Shown: positions 1-12,810 of the stretch, piece by piece | How positions within the stretch are numbered: the first letter of the stretch is position 1 | How the letters are laid out: every line of letters starts with the position of its first letter | From: Octopus sinensis | Taxonomy: Eukaryota | DNA length: 64,000 nt | Reading direction: 5' to 3' | Assembly: GCF_006345805.1 (NCBI RefSeq) | Contig: NC_043013.1 | Span: 49,600,001-49,664,000, forward strand | Position numbers and translations under genes: made by a program | Notes under the pieces: generated by a model | The model's database searches: none | What the model was told of the DNA's origin: nothing | Seen by the model: the letters and a program-made list of their open reading frames with translations, nothing else

Positions 1-154
1 TGGCCCTTTGAAATACAGGTGCTACTCATTTTTGCCAGGTGAGTGGACTGGAGCCATGTGAAATAAAGTGTTTTGCACAAGGATACAACACACCATCGGG
101 AATTGAACTCACAACCTTGCAATCGTGAGCCAAATGCCCTTACCACCAAGCCAT
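1..154 (-). mobile_element. SINE-E 5' part (tRNA-derived head), cut by window edge
   Basis: Reverse complement matches the head of the SINE at 53541 (A box TGGCTTGGTGG, B box GAGTTCAATTCC, then gtatccttgtgcaaaacactttatttcac). Confidence 0.75.
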
Positions 155-489
155 AATAAATAGAAAATTGGAATTCTGTGAAATATGGATGTTGCTTTTA
201 TTTAGCAATTAACTGTCACCATGATTTCAGTATTATGCATAACATAATTTTTTTAAAAATATATGACATTATTTTGAGATTGAAATAATATTGGCACATT
301 CATATTGAATATATTTACAGGTTTCTTTTAATAATAGATTGGTTAACATTCTTTTCACCTTTCAGTTAGGTAAACTCAACTGCAAACAATAGAAGCATCC
401 ATCGAATCAAGTGACCCTATACAGCTTCGAGTTAATTAAATCAAATTATATTGTTTCCAATATTTTACACTAAAAGAAAGTTTACTTAC

Positions 490-599
490 CAAAATTATCC
501 TTCAATGCAGTAAATATTCCCTCACTAAATGAAATATTGAATTAAGAGCAGTTAACTATATCAGGTTACCTATGTGAATTACTGAAGGAGTAATGGTAT
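490..599 (-). other. Candidate spliced exon (110 nt, stops in all three frames)
   Basis: Minus strand: gtttctttaattttag acceptor and TTTG|gtaagt donor; lies in non-repeat, CpG-poor sequence. Confidence 0.4.
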
Positions 600-947
600 C
601 TAAAATTAAAGAAACTATACAGATAAGACAAATAGTACAGAGTTCAAAATTCATAACAATGCATGATAAATTAAGATGATACATATCTAATTTTTTATCA
701 GATACAGGTTTCCTTCCCCCCTTGTACCCTTCCCCCTACACACCCAATTACACACATAAATTTCTCATTATAGATAATATCAGTTAACATTTACTAAACA
801 AAACTGAAAATCAAGGTCAACCTTTATAAAAAAAAATGTTCCTATTACATCAATGGTTTCAGTTATTAACTTACATTAAAACAAAAACCCCCAATTTTGT
901 ATTTTATGATATATCAAAGAAAAAAGAATAAAATATCATTATTTTTT

Positions 948-1165
948 TGGCCTGTTTCAGTTATTCAAGTACAGCCATTCTGGGGCATGCCTTGAAGGGT
1001 TTAATCAGACAAATCAAACCCTGCACTTATTTTTCACATCTTGTCCTTATTCTATTAACTGTTATTGCTGAACTGCTACATTATAGGGACGTAAATAAAC
1101 CAACACTGGGTGGTAAGTGGAGGGGTGGGCAAAAACACAGGCACACACACACCTGTAAATATATA
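948..1165 (-). mobile_element. SINE-A, diverged 3' half
   Basis: Degenerate match to the SINE-A 3' module (tgtttcagt...gggacgtaaataaacc...acacac). Confidence 0.6.
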
Positions 1166-1729
1166 TACATTAGCAATCTGACTGTCTTTTGTACTCTGGA
1201 CAAGAGATGCCAGTTAGTCTTTTACACCTACCAGGCTTGTTCATAATTAGCCTGATTTGGTGGATAATTTTTCTTCCCTTTAAGAATATTGTAGAATAGA
1301 AACTTTCCATAGACTGGAATTTAAATCCTAACTGCTACAGAAATTTATTGCTTCAAGAAAACATTGAATTTGAATTACTTTTAATTTTTACAATTATAGA
1401 TAACAGTTCAGGCTGTAACTTCTGAACCCAAGTCAGACGTGTGTGAACAATGTCAAGAGAAAATCTGCTGTGAATGATATTTTTTGACACAGGACACCTA
1501 TGGGACGACTGCCAGATGCTAAACAAAAATAAATGAACTGTGACCAGACTCAATAGAAGGAGCTCGAGTTATTGGCTGCAATTACATACTTGAAGTCAGT
1601 GTTGGCAGATATTAGATCAGCTGGCAAATACTCGTTCACTTTACTAAATTTGCTCCAACCCATGCTAGCATGGAAAGCGGACGTTAAACGACACATGGGG
1701 GCTAAGCCTGAACAGCCTGAGTGCCGGAG

Positions 1730-1817
1730 TCACCACAATGCCCAGTCTGGGAATCGAAACCGCGATCCTATGACCGCGAGTCCGCTGCCCTAACCACTGG
1801 GCCATTGCGCCTCCACA
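1730..1817 (-). mobile_element. SINE-D head (tRNA-like)
   Basis: GTGGAGGCGCAATGGCCCAGTGGTTAGGGCAGCGGACTCGCGG...GGTTTCGATTCCC, near-identical to 51390-51461; no closed acceptor stem. Confidence 0.75.
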
Positions 1818-2256
1818 CTGATATGAATATATATTATATATGAATATATATATATATCGTGAAGTATATTCATGCTCAGAGATTTATTATCATCATCATC
1901 ATCGTTTAACGTCTGCTTTCCATGCTACCATGGGTACTGGTAGTTCTAATCAATTTCATTTTTTAATAATATAATTTTACAGTTTGGTTTGTAGATCTTC
2001 AAACCATATTGTAAAATTACGCTATTAAAAAATTAAATTGATTAGAACTACCAGTGAATTCATTGTTTTCCTTTTTCAAATATACCCAACTGGACCAAGG
2101 ATTTCATGCATGCATGTATGTGTATATATATCTGCGTGTGTGTGTGTATACACACACACACATAAGCATACCTCACCCTACATTGTTAATTGGTTCCAGG
2201 AGACATGACAGAAGTTGAATTAACTTATCTCTAGGCTAGGCCAAATTTACTTGTCT

Positions 2257-2832
2257 TAAGGCGGCAAGCTGGCAGAAATGTTAGCGGTATTTCGTCTGCC
2301 GTTACGTTCTGAGTTCAAATTCCGCCGAGGTCGACTTTGCCTTTCATCCTTTCGGGGTCGATTAAATAAGTACCAGTTATGCATTAGGGTCGATATAATC
2401 GACTTAATTCGTTTGTCTGTCCTTGTTTGTCCCCTCTGTTTTTAGCCCCTTGTGGGTAGTAAAGAAATAGGTATTTCATCTACCACTACGTTCTGAGTTC
2501 AAATTCCGCCGAGGTCGACTTTGCCTTTCATCCTTTCGGGGTCGATTAAATAGGTACCAGTTATGCACTGGAGTCAATGTAATCAACTTAATCCCTTTGT
2601 CTGTCCTTGTTTGTCCCCTGTGTGTGTAGCCCCTTGTGGGCAGTAAAGAAATAAGAAATGCTTGGTGGTATTTCATCTGTCTTTACATTCTGAGTTCAAA
2701 CTCCATCGAGATCGACTTTCCTTTCATCTTTTTGGGGTCAATAAATTAGGTACCAGTTGCATACTGGAGTCGATCTAATCGACTGGCCCCACCCTCAAAA
2801 TTTTGGGCCTTGTGCCTAGAGTAGAAAAGAAA
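2257..2832 (+). mobile_element. SINE-B with three tandem body units
   Basis: Head ggcggcaagctggcagaaatgttagc; unit gtatttc...ttctgagttcaaattccgccgaggtcgac restarts at 2288, 2472 and 2669. Confidence 0.85.
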
Positions 2833-2890
2833 TGAATTTACTTGTCTCTAGGCTAAACCAATAATAACCATTCCCAGTTCTGTACTTTAA

Positions 2891-3083
2891 TCTTTTACTC
2901 TTTTATTTGTTTCAGTCATGTGACTGTGGCCATGCTGGAGCACCGCTTTTAGTCAAGGAAATCAACCCCAGGACTTATTCTATCGGTCTTTTTTTTGCCA
3001 AACTGCTAAGTTACAGGGATGTAAACACACCAGCATTGGTTGTCAAGCGACGTTGATGGAGAGGGACAAACACAGACATACAA

Positions 3084-3118
<35 letters not shown>

Positions 3119-3232
3119 CGACAGGCTTCTTTCAGTTTCCATCTACCAAATCCACTCACAAGGCTTTGGTCAGTCCGAGTCTGTTGTAAAAGACACTTGT
3201 CCAAGGTGCCAGCTACTTACCACACAGCCACT
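2891..3232 (-). mobile_element. SINE-A with internal deletion
   Basis: Tail cttttactctttt, 3' module, internal (CA)n(TA)n, head ends accacacagccact. Confidence 0.9.
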
Positions 3233-3357
3233 ATGAATGCACAGTTATTTTAAGCTTACGAATTATTTTTATTTTTTAATAAAGTACAGTAAAAAGAAAT
3301 AATCTAAATTTATGAATACAATTTGGCAGTGTTTACTGTACATCATGGGTGCTTTAT

Positions 3358-4390
3358 TTACGAATGTGGTTTGCAATAAGACATGGTGTTTGGAGGGAGG
3401 CATACAACAGTAATGTTGGGGTCAAGCTTTACAATATATTGCGGGTGGCCAGGAGCATTATCTAAGATAAGTAAAACCTTAAAAGGAATTCCTTTCTCCT
3501 TACAGTACTTCTCTGCTGCTGGGATAAAATGACTGAAGAACCAATCTTCAAAAGCAACAACAGTAACCCATGCTTTTGAATTAGCCATCCATATAACAGG
3601 AAGAGATGCCTTGGGTATGTTCTTCAGGGCATGGGGGTTGTGTACATGATACACAAGCAATGGCTTTAACTTAAATTCTCCTGCACAATTACCTCCCAAC
3701 ATAATGGTCACACGTTCTTTTGAGACCTTGTAACCTGGAATAGTTTTCTCCTCCTTGGAAATGAATGAATGGTTGAGCAATTTTTTTCCAATACAATCCA
3801 GTTTCATCTTCGTTAAAAATCTGTTTGAGAAGAAACCCGTTTTCTTCAATGATTTTCTTTAATGCATAAGGAAATTCCACTGCTGCTTGTGCAGCAGCTG
3901 ATGCACTTTCACTTTGCTTCTTAATGAGTGATAACTTCTTTGCTCCTTAAATCTCATGAACCATCCTTGACTTGCCTTGAACCCTACATCTTTCTCATCT
4001 GGATATTTTTTCTTCAGATCCTCAAACAAAGACAACACTTCCTCTTGAATGATCTCTTGACTAATAGTAGCATGCTGATGATTCAACCTAACAATCCAAA
4101 GAGAAAGATTTTCCATTTCTTCAAAGATTTTGCCTCTTTTCCTATTGATGACAGTGTTCTTCATCCCTGGGGTATCAAATTTGATATGTGCTAAACTTTT
4201 GTCCTTATTATTTACAATCCTCAATACAATTGTCCAACACATCCCAAAAGATCATGCAATTGCTACCACTTTTTTCACCTTTTCCATGGCATTTTATCAC
4301 AGCCAGTTTGTCTTTGAGCATTATAGCCTGACTCATAGCACTTTCACTATGAATTTTCTTAGGAGCCATGGGGGCAAAAATTAAAGTCAC
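3358..4390 (-). pseudogene. pogo/Tigger-family transposase relic (psq-like HTH, CENP-B HTH, DDE_1), frameshifted and truncated
   Basis: Four overlapping ORFs in different frames: IMLKDKLAVIK, FKASQGWFMRFK, QIFNEDETGLYWKK, KERVTIMLGGNCAGEFKLKPLLV, LLILDNAPGHP, VCLPPNT; ends before the final catalytic D; TIRs not found. Confidence 0.9.
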
Positions 4391-4777
4391 AAATGAATAA
4401 GAAGAAATCTGAATTCAAAACAATTACAGGAATCACAAGTGACAACGACGCCTAATGGTAGATATTGAAACTACAGTGCAATATGAGCTTCAAAAGACTC
4501 ATAAATAATACAACCCAGCTGGTTTCATGATTTTATTCACTAAGCTACACTACTTTATGGTGTGTATCTTAACATTTACTTTACGTATTTTAATATGATT
4601 TTATATGCTTTTATTCTTATTTATTGTACAGTAACATGATTTTATGTGCTTTTAATGGTTTTCTAGTGATTTTACGATTCCTATATTCGTGGCGAACAGA
4701 CGTAAAGTTGAGTAAAATGACTTGACCAGATTTTTATTTTTCCATAACGACTTAAGTTATGTATATATATATGCATA

Positions 4778-5138
4778 TAGGTGGAGGCTTGGTAGCTTGC
4801 TTACCAACCACATGGTTCTGGGTTCAATCCCACTGTGTGGCACCTTAGGCAAGTGTTTTCTACTATAGCCTTGGGCTGACCAAAACTTTGTGAGTGGATT
4901 TGGTAGATGGAAACTGAAAGAAGCCCATCGCATGTGTATGTGTGTGTGCGTTTGTGTTTGTCCCCCCCACCATCGCTTGACAGCCGATGTTGGTGCGTTT
5001 ACGTCCCCTGTAACTAAGCGCTTTGGCTAAAGAGACTGATAGAATAAGTACTAGGCTTACAAAGAATAAGTCCTGAGGTTGATTTGTTTGACTATAGGCA
5101 GTCAAATGACTGAAACAAATAAAAGATTAAAAGAATAT
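4778..5138 (+). mobile_element. SINE-A
   Basis: gtagcttgcttaccaaccacatggttctgggttcaatccc...gaaacaaataaaagattaaaaga. Confidence 0.9.
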
Positions 5139-5427
5139 ATATATATCTATATCCATACACATATACACACAAACACACACACACACACGCGATGGATTCC
5201 TCATCATGAGGATTCAGTAAAATAAAGCAGTAATCATGTTCTACGATCATGAATGTGTCTCTTGAGGCCTGCTGGTTCCTTGCAAACCTTTTGCCAAATG
5301 GAACAAGTGAAGGACTCAGTTTTCTCAAGTAATTTTGGATTATTTACTGTGTATTTTCTTGAGTGGATGGCAAGGCCTGCTTTGTTCTGTGCAACAAAAC
5401 CATAATGACAGGTAAGGTTTCCATTTA

Positions 5428-5770
5428 AGTTAAGTTAGTTAAGTTAATTTTTTGGCTCAAAAAGCAAAAGCAAGGCTATGTAGGGGAACATGGAGTTATG
5501 TACAGGGAGGGTGTTCATGCAAAGAGTTCAGGCCATTTCTGGTCAAGAGATACTTTGAACCGAGTGGTCGTCGGCATCTTCACTATCTCATCTGGCAGCT
5601 TATTCCACGGATCTGCAACCCAGACAGAGAAAGCCCCTCTCCTTCGATTGAAATGAAATCGTCGCAGATAGAGCTTTTCGGAGTGACCCCTGAGGAGCAA
5701 TGTTTTGCCTTCATGCTTGTACAAAGTTGGTCCCAATGTTGGAGTCGACTTTGCTCCAATCCTTGAATTG
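5428..5770 (-). mobile_element. CR1-clade LINE 3' end with (AACTT)n tail
   Basis: ORF LRGHSEKLYLRRFHFNRRRGAFSVWVADPWNKLPDEIVKMPTTTRFKVSLD is the typical CR1 ORF2 C-terminus; second copy at 23697-23913. Confidence 0.8.
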
Positions 5771-6415
5771 AGAGGAGAAGCAGGATTGGCACCAGTTCTT
5801 GCATTCTGATGCTTTGTTTCCCCAGGAAGAAAAGGGAATGTTGCATCACTTCAGATTGTCTTTTGATTTGTCTTTGAAACACAAGAACAGCCTTCCAACT
5901 GACCTTCCTGTTGGGAATTGGCCAAAAAGAAGTTGCTTCGGAATTCTGGTGTCACTCGTATGTGAGAGATGGCCTGACTGTCCAAGCTGTATTTTGATGA
6001 GGATGGCTTCAACACCGATATGTTGCATTTTGTTAGCACTTCACTGTTATGGATATGATCACTCAGTTTTATGTTGAAGATAGAATGCAAGCATTGCATC
6101 AAGCTGGTTGATGTGCATTTCATACAGGGTCCAAGATGCAGCACCATAAAGCAACGACACCAAAACCACTAACTTGTATACATTGACCTTCACCTTCAGC
6201 AATATGTCATGGCTGTTCCAAAGCCTATGGTAAAGTTTACCGAAAGTGGAACTAGCCTCCCCAATTCTGAACTCAATTTCTTCATCCATCTTAGCATCAT
6301 TGGATATTTTTTGACACAGGACACCTCTATGATGATAGCCAGATGCCGAACAAAAATAAATGAACTGCCACCAGACTGGCTGCAATTACATATTTGAAGT
6401 CAGTGTTAGCAGAAA
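5771..6415 (-). mobile_element. RTE (BovB-like) LINE ORF2 C-terminal relic
   Basis: DEEIEFRIGEASSTFGKLYHRLWNSHDILLKVKVNVYKLVVLVSLLYGAASWTLY; related fragment near 1480-1620. Confidence 0.8.
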
Positions 6416-6466
6416 TTAAATCAGCTTGCAAATGCACGGAAGAATAAAGGAGGAATATATATTTAT

Positions 6467-6732
6467 TTGCAGCGTGGAAGGTGTTTATAAACCATTTAAG
6501 AAACACACAAAACCGTTAGATTCACTTCAACATTTAAATTTAATTTGTCCAAATATTTTCGTCACTTTGAGACCATGACCTGTTCACTTCATGCAGCACG
6601 AAACTTTGTCAGTGAACAGGTCGCGGTCTCAAAGTGACGAAAATATTTTGACAAATTAAATTTAAATGTTGAAGTGAATCTAACGGTTTTGTGTGTTTCT
6701 TAAATGGCTTATAAACACCTTCCATGCTGCAA
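6467..6732. repeat. Long inverted repeat (122-bp arms, 22-bp loop), foldback or MITE-like
   Basis: 6467-6588 is the reverse complement of 6611-6732 with 5 mismatches by eye. Confidence 0.9.
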
Positions 6733-7531
6733 TTGTTTTCGTTCCAGCACACAGTCTCAGATCAAGTCACTCGCTATGCAAGTACATCTCCATAATAAAT
6801 TTATTTATTGAAGATTAATTGTTATGGCTGGTCAGAAAATTTATGAATCCGACCTCCCCACCTTCTGGACCAAAACTGATGGAGATCTTTTACCTAAAAT
6901 GTGCCAGTTAAAGCTGACTGAGTTCATCGTTGAACCAGTCTGTTGATTTGAATATTTCTTATAGCAGGAAACATTCCCTGAGTTTATTTATAGATCTAAG
7001 ATCTTTCCAAGTGTCACTTCAAGAATTCAAAATGTTGCTATTAATATTTCTACCTCAAAATATCACGAGGCACTCTGTGAGTAAAAATCCCTTTAACACT
7101 TAATATTCTTTACTGAAAAAGGCTCGTGAAATCGTTTACAGCTGCTGTTGAAACTATTCATAAAGCAGAATTCCACCTTCTAAAACTGCCAACATTCTTC
7201 TATAAATGGTAAAAACAAAAATCTCTGAATTTCTTCCAGATTATAATTAACTTCATTCTTTTCATCCTTAATTCTATGAAATGTCTCTCTTTGAAACATA
7301 TGTTAATAATGTTACTGGTTAAATCATGATGAAGATTTCAGAAAAGAATGAAATAGTTTTATACTTAAAGAATGTAAGAATTTTAGAACAGATGAAAAAA
7401 TTCAATATGTGAACTCTATGCATCTTCTTCCTTGCATTCTTTAATTTCAAATTCAAATTTCTAATCCCACCTTGTCAACGAGGGGATGGTTGTATTAGTG
7501 ACCATAGTTATTATTATTATTATTATTGTTG

Positions 7532-7562
<31 letters not shown>

Positions 7563-7597
7563 ATTATTATTATTATTATTATTATTATTGTCTATAC

Positions 7598-8026
7598 AGG
7601 CGTAGGAGTGGCTGTGTGGTAAGTAGCTTGCTTACCAACCACATGGTTCCAGGTTCAGTCCCACTGCATGACACCTTCTACTATAGCCTCGGGCCGACCA
7701 AAACCTTGTGGGTGGATTTGGTAGACGGAAACTGAAAGAAGCCTGTCATATATATGTATATATATATATATGTGTGTGTGTGTGTCTATACGTTTGTTTG
7801 TCTGTGTTTGTCCTCCCAACATCGCTTGACAACCGATGCTGGTGTGTTTCCATCCCCGTAACTTGGTAGTTCGGCAAAAAAAAAGACCGATAGAATAAGT
7901 ACTAGGCTTACAAAGAATATGTCCTGGGGTCGATTTGCTCGGCTAAAAAAAGGCAGTGTTCCAGCATGGCCACAGTCAAATGACTGAGACAAGTAAAAGA
8001 GAGAGAGTAAAAGAAAAGAGAGAGAG
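7598..8026 (+). mobile_element. SINE-A, near full length
   Basis: aggcgtaggagtggctgtgtggtaag head, internal (TA)n(TG)n, gaGacaagtaaaagag tail. Confidence 0.92.
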
Positions 8027-8088
8027 TTAATAGAAGTCTCTCTTTTAAAAAGACTAAATAATTAGTCAGCTGAAGTATATATATATCT

Positions 8089-8536
8089 TGTTTACTCTTT
8101 ACTCTTTACTCTTTTACTCTTTTACTTGTTTCAGTCATTTGACTGCGGCCATGCTGGAGCACCACCTTTAGTCGAGCAAATCGAACCCGGGACTTATTCT
8201 TTGTAAGCCCAGTACTTATTCTATCGGTCTCTTTTGCCGAACCGCTAAGTGACGGGAACGTAAACACACCAGCATCGGTTGTCAAGCAATGCTAGGGGGA
8301 CAAACACAGACACACAAACATATACACACACACTTATATATATATATATATATATGCATATATACATATATACGACAGGCTTCTTTCAGTTTCCGTCTAC
8401 CAAATCCACTCACAAGGCATTGGTCGGCCCGGGGCTATAGCAGAAGACACTTGCCCAAGATGTCACGCAGTGGGGCTGAACCCGGAACCATGTGGCTGGT
8501 TAGCAAGCTACTTACCACACAGCCACTCCTGCGCCT
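8089..8536 (-). mobile_element. SINE-A, full length
   Basis: (CTTTTA)n tail to cacacagccactcctgcgcct head; tail-to-tail with the 7598 copy. Confidence 0.92.
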
Positions 8537-8989
8537 ATATTTGATAAATTTCATTTTACCTAGTTTAGATAGCAATATTTGTCTTAATTACAATTCCACT
8601 ACTCCATCATATAGTAAGGATCAATGTTGCTTTACATGCTGAAACTCATGCCTTTCTAGTATTTAATACGAGGTCACTGATAAGGTATTTCAAGTGGTTA
8701 TACTGTTTACAGCTTATCCAATCATATAACCTTTGGACTTTTGTATCGTAACTGATATGAGCTGTATTAGAAACAGAGAGAACTTCACTTCTATTTGAAA
8801 AGTTGCCTTTTTAAATAGAATATACTATCCACATGAAACAACAACCAAATTTCTTTCTACATTTAATTTCAAAGAGAAAATTAAAATAATGTCAAACCCT
8901 GAATAATGGTTATGAGTATGGTTCAGGATACATTTCTGATATGTTACTGGAAAGAAATTGAACATTTGATGCTTTTAAAAATATGTTCT

Positions 8990-9385
8990 GTTTCTTTTAC
9001 TTGTTTTAGTTATCAGACTGTGGCCATGGCGGGGCACCACCTTGAAGAAACAAGGACTGGGGTTAAACAAATTGACACCAATCCTTATTTTTAATTTAAG
9101 CCTGGTACACACAGATACACAGACACACGCAAATACACACACACGCACACACACACACACACAACGGACACACACATACATGCACACACACACAGAGGCA
9201 CGCATGCACACACACACACATACAATGGGCTTTTTCCAGTTTCTATCTACCAAATCCACTCACATGGCTTCAGTTGGCCCAAGGCCATAGTGGAAGACAC
9301 TTGCCCAGAGTGCCATGAAGTAGGATTGAACCCAGAACCATGTGATTGGGAAGCAAACTTCTTACCACACTGCCATGCCTGCACC
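8990..9385 (-). mobile_element. SINE-A, diverged
   Basis: Recognisable 3' and 5' modules around an expanded (CA)n. Confidence 0.8.
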
Positions 9386-9767
9386 TGATACATAATCAAA
9401 GGAAACCTTTTTTAATCCAATGAGTTATATTTATTTTATTTTATATTCATCTGATAAAAAAAAAACAATTTATCAATAATAATTTGTTTAATTTGAATTC
9501 TAATTTCTTTTCCCATTATTTGACCATGTAGCCTCATTAACTCTAATGCAGTTTTAAAGTCAGATTCTGGCAGAATTTGAACATCCTGCACATAAAATTT
9601 TGATGTGCCAGTAGTTTTTAACTGGATATCCTTGTTCTTGAAAAATTTTAATATCAACCAACTTGGTAAGGGAAAGATAACAAGGTAATTCTTTATAAAG
9701 AACTAATTTTTTGTACCATAATTTAATAATTAGAGTTACTGCAATTTTGACATTAATGTTTCCATAA

Positions 9768-10110
9768 TCATCATCATCATCATCATCGTTTAGCGTCTGC
9801 TTTCCATGCTAGCATGGGTTGGACAGTTCAACTGGGTCTGGGAAGCCAGAAGGCTGCACCAGGCCCAGTCTGATCTGGCAATGTTTCTACGGCTGGATGC
9901 CCTTCCTAACGCCAACCACTCCATGAGTATAGTGAGTGCTTTTTACGTGCCACCGGCACAGGTACCAGACGAGGCTGGCAAATGGCCACGATCGGATGGT
10001 GCTTTTTTCGTGCCACTGGCACGGAGGCAGTCGGGGTGGCGTTCTCTTATGTGCCACCGGCACTGGTATCACAGCTATGATTTCCATTGACGTTGATCGA
10101 TTTTTGATTT
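9768..10110 (-). mobile_element. RTE LINE 3' UTR fragment with (GAT)n tail
   Basis: (cat)n-cgtttagcgtctgctttccatgctagcatggg; same family as the RT-bearing copy at 31437-32760. Confidence 0.8.
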
Positions 10111-10389
10111 TGTTTTGTTTTTGTTTTTCACTATATTTGAAAAGCATTAGCCCCTAACAGATGTTGTACTCTGCTGTCAAAGAGGGGCAAGAATCCTGCC
10201 AGCATTCAGTCTCCAACATATTGACCAAAAAATGAAGAAAGTAATTGATGGCACTTTGGTAGCATTACAACCTCATGACCACAAAATAATCAATGGAAGC
10301 CATTTTGACGCAAAGCCAGCAATCATAGCAATTCTAATGAATATCAGAGGCCTCCTACAAAACAACAGCTAACATAAAATTGCATACCT

Positions 10390-10806
10390 TTTTCTTTTCT
10401 TTTCTTTCTTTTACTTGTTTCAGTCATTTGACTGTGGCCATGCTGGAGCACCGCCTTTAATCGAGCAACTCGACCCCAGGACTTATTCTTTGTAAGCCCA
10501 GTACTTATTCTATCGGTCTCTTTTGCTGAACCGCTAAGTGACGGGGACATAAACACACCAGCATCGGTTGTCAAGCAATGCTATGGGGACAAACACAGAC
10601 ACACAAACACACACATGAATATATATATATATATATATATACGGCGGTCTTCTTTCAGTTTCCGTCTACCAAATCCACTCACAAGGCTTTGGTCGGCCCG
10701 AGGCTATAGTAGAAGACACTTGCCCAAGGTGTCATGCAGTGGGACTGAACCCTGAACCATGTGGTTGGTAAGCAAGCTACTTACCACACAGCCACTCCTG
10801 CACCTA
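10390..10806 (-). mobile_element. SINE-A, full length
   Basis: All modules present. Confidence 0.92.
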
Positions 10807-11055
10807 TATATACCTGAGGAATATTCCTGCATGCAATCAAACAATATCCATTGCACTTATGGGAAGACATCAATCTGCAGACGTAAATGATGCAGAAATA
10901 TGCATACCAATGCATACCAATGTATACCGTATTTTTTCTAGACAGAAGAGAAAGAAGTCTTGGTAGATTTGTGTTGTACATCCATGAAGATGTCACACCG
11001 CTAACCCTCTTGTCAGATTTAAACTTGATCTGTGACACATTCATTCTGCTTTTAA

Positions 11056-11276
11056 CCCTTTAGTGTTTAAACTGGCCAAATCCAGTCCAATATATTCTAC
11101 ATGTTTTATATTCAAACTGGCAATGTCTAGCCTCTCACACCTAACCTACAATGCCATTCTAAAAATAAGTAATCACATCATTGAAACCTCAAAGCTGTAA
11201 GATGATCCAGGATTAATTCAAAACAATTCGAGTGAAAAAGTATTACATTTAACAGAGTAATCTGAACACTAAAGGG
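11056..11276. mobile_element. piggyBac-type MITE (221 bp)
   Basis: TTAA at 11052-55 and 11277-80; TIR CCCTTTAGTGTTTA / TGAACACTAAAGGG. Confidence 0.85.
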
Positions 11277-11280
11277 TTAA

Positions 11281-12810
11281 AGGAACTCAATATAGCAATA
11301 AGCACACCTGATACTGCAAATCATGACGGTAAATTTGAGGAAAGCCTTACAATGATAAAATAAATACTTACAAAACTAGATCAATGTACTAATGTAGTTC
11401 CGGTGGGTGACTTCAACATCCCCAATATCAAATAGCCAGAAAGTGATACAGCACAGGAAGGACTCTTTTACTCTTTTACTTGTTTCAGTCATGTGACTGC
11501 GGCCATGCTGGAGCACCACCTTTAGTCGAGCAAATCAACCCCCAGGACTTATTCTTTGTAAGCCTAGTATTTATTCTATCGGTCTCTTTTTTGCCAAACC
11601 ACTAAGTTACAGGGACGTAAACACACCAACATCGGTTGTCAAGTGATGTTGGGAAGACAAACACAGACACAAACACACACACACACGCATACATTTATAT
11701 ATACAAATACATATATACGACGGGCTTCTTTCAGTTTCCGTCTACCAAATGACATGCAAAAAGTGTAGTCAAACAGAGTCTCTACTTGATCTCCCATAAA
11801 CGCTGTTCATGGAACAAACAAACTCTCTCCGACCAAAAAGAACAACATATTAGACCTCTGATTCACTAGCAATGTGTAACTTAACTACCGACAATCTTCT
11901 CAGACCCACAACATGATAGAACTGATGACGTCTGGTCCAAAGCTAATTAATAATGTATTCCACACAGATGGCACCCAAAGTCTATCCAGTCTGAACCTCT
12001 ATAAGGTTGACAGGAGGTCAATTGAAAGACAGAGAGTTCAGTAAAATTGGTTTAAAAGTCTCTCTATGCAATAAATTGAAATAAAACTAGAAAAATTCAT
12101 GTCAATAATGCGAGCCAAGGGCATTAAATTTGTTGCAGAGAAGAGAACAATTACATACAAAAACGTCATTCCTCAAGACAAGAGAGTCCTTATGAGATGG
12201 AGAATAAAGATCTCAAATCACTTAAATAAACAACTTAAATAACTTAATGATAGCAAGAAATCCTTCCTCAAAGAAGCACTTTTAGAGAACGAAAATAAAT
12301 TCGCATCTCCCATGAAATGGAATGGGTAGAAAGAGAAACCAGGGCAGTAGAAAATATAAAAATGAATTCTGAAGTCTTCTGCATGTTTATGAAAAAATCT
12401 GCCTCAGGGCACTACAAGATAGGGCCACTGTTTGAAGAGGTCGGCACACTAAGTGCAAACTCCAGTACTAAATAAACAAGTCCAAAGTGCTTTCACCGCT
12501 CTACTGAAAAACATGCAAATAAGCAAGCCTTGTGAGTTTTTCTCAACCTTGCAGATTTATATAGGAAAGAGTTAACCATCGTTTACATTGACATAAAAAG
12601 AGGGGAATGTGATACCAGCAATTGATGAGATGAACTTGAACTCAGCAAAAAGCCCAGATGGATTTCCAACTGCTCTTTCAAAGATGTGCAAGAAAGCTCT
12701 CATAAAATCATTGCAGATACTTTTTCAGAGTTTCTTTGCATGTGGTATACTTCCCAAATTGTTAAAAGAAAGTATGATATACCCTGTTCATAGAGGAGGA
12801 AGTAGAACAT
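11281..12810 (+). mobile_element. Decayed CR1-group LINE ORF2 (endonuclease to start of RT), interrupted by SINE-A
   Basis: VGDFNIPNIK, NNILDL-FTSN, and ORF AIDEMNLNSAKSPDGFPTALSKMCKKALIKSLQILFQSFFACGILPKLLKESMIYPVHRGGSR. Confidence 0.75.
11462..11750 (-). mobile_element. SINE-A, 5'-truncated
   Basis: 3' module, microsatellite and ttccgtctaccaaat, then stops. Confidence 0.88.

Noticed and set aside
3358-4390. Domesticated Tigger-derived (TIGD/Jerky-like) host gene
   Set aside because: At least three frameshifts and truncation before the last catalytic residue; I also could not find TIRs.
8289-8642. Recurrent peptide IRQASFSFRLPNPLTR...GTMWLVSKLLTTQPL in many ORFs, suggesting a gene family
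   Set aside because: It is the antisense reading of SINE-A, repeated wherever the SINE occurs.
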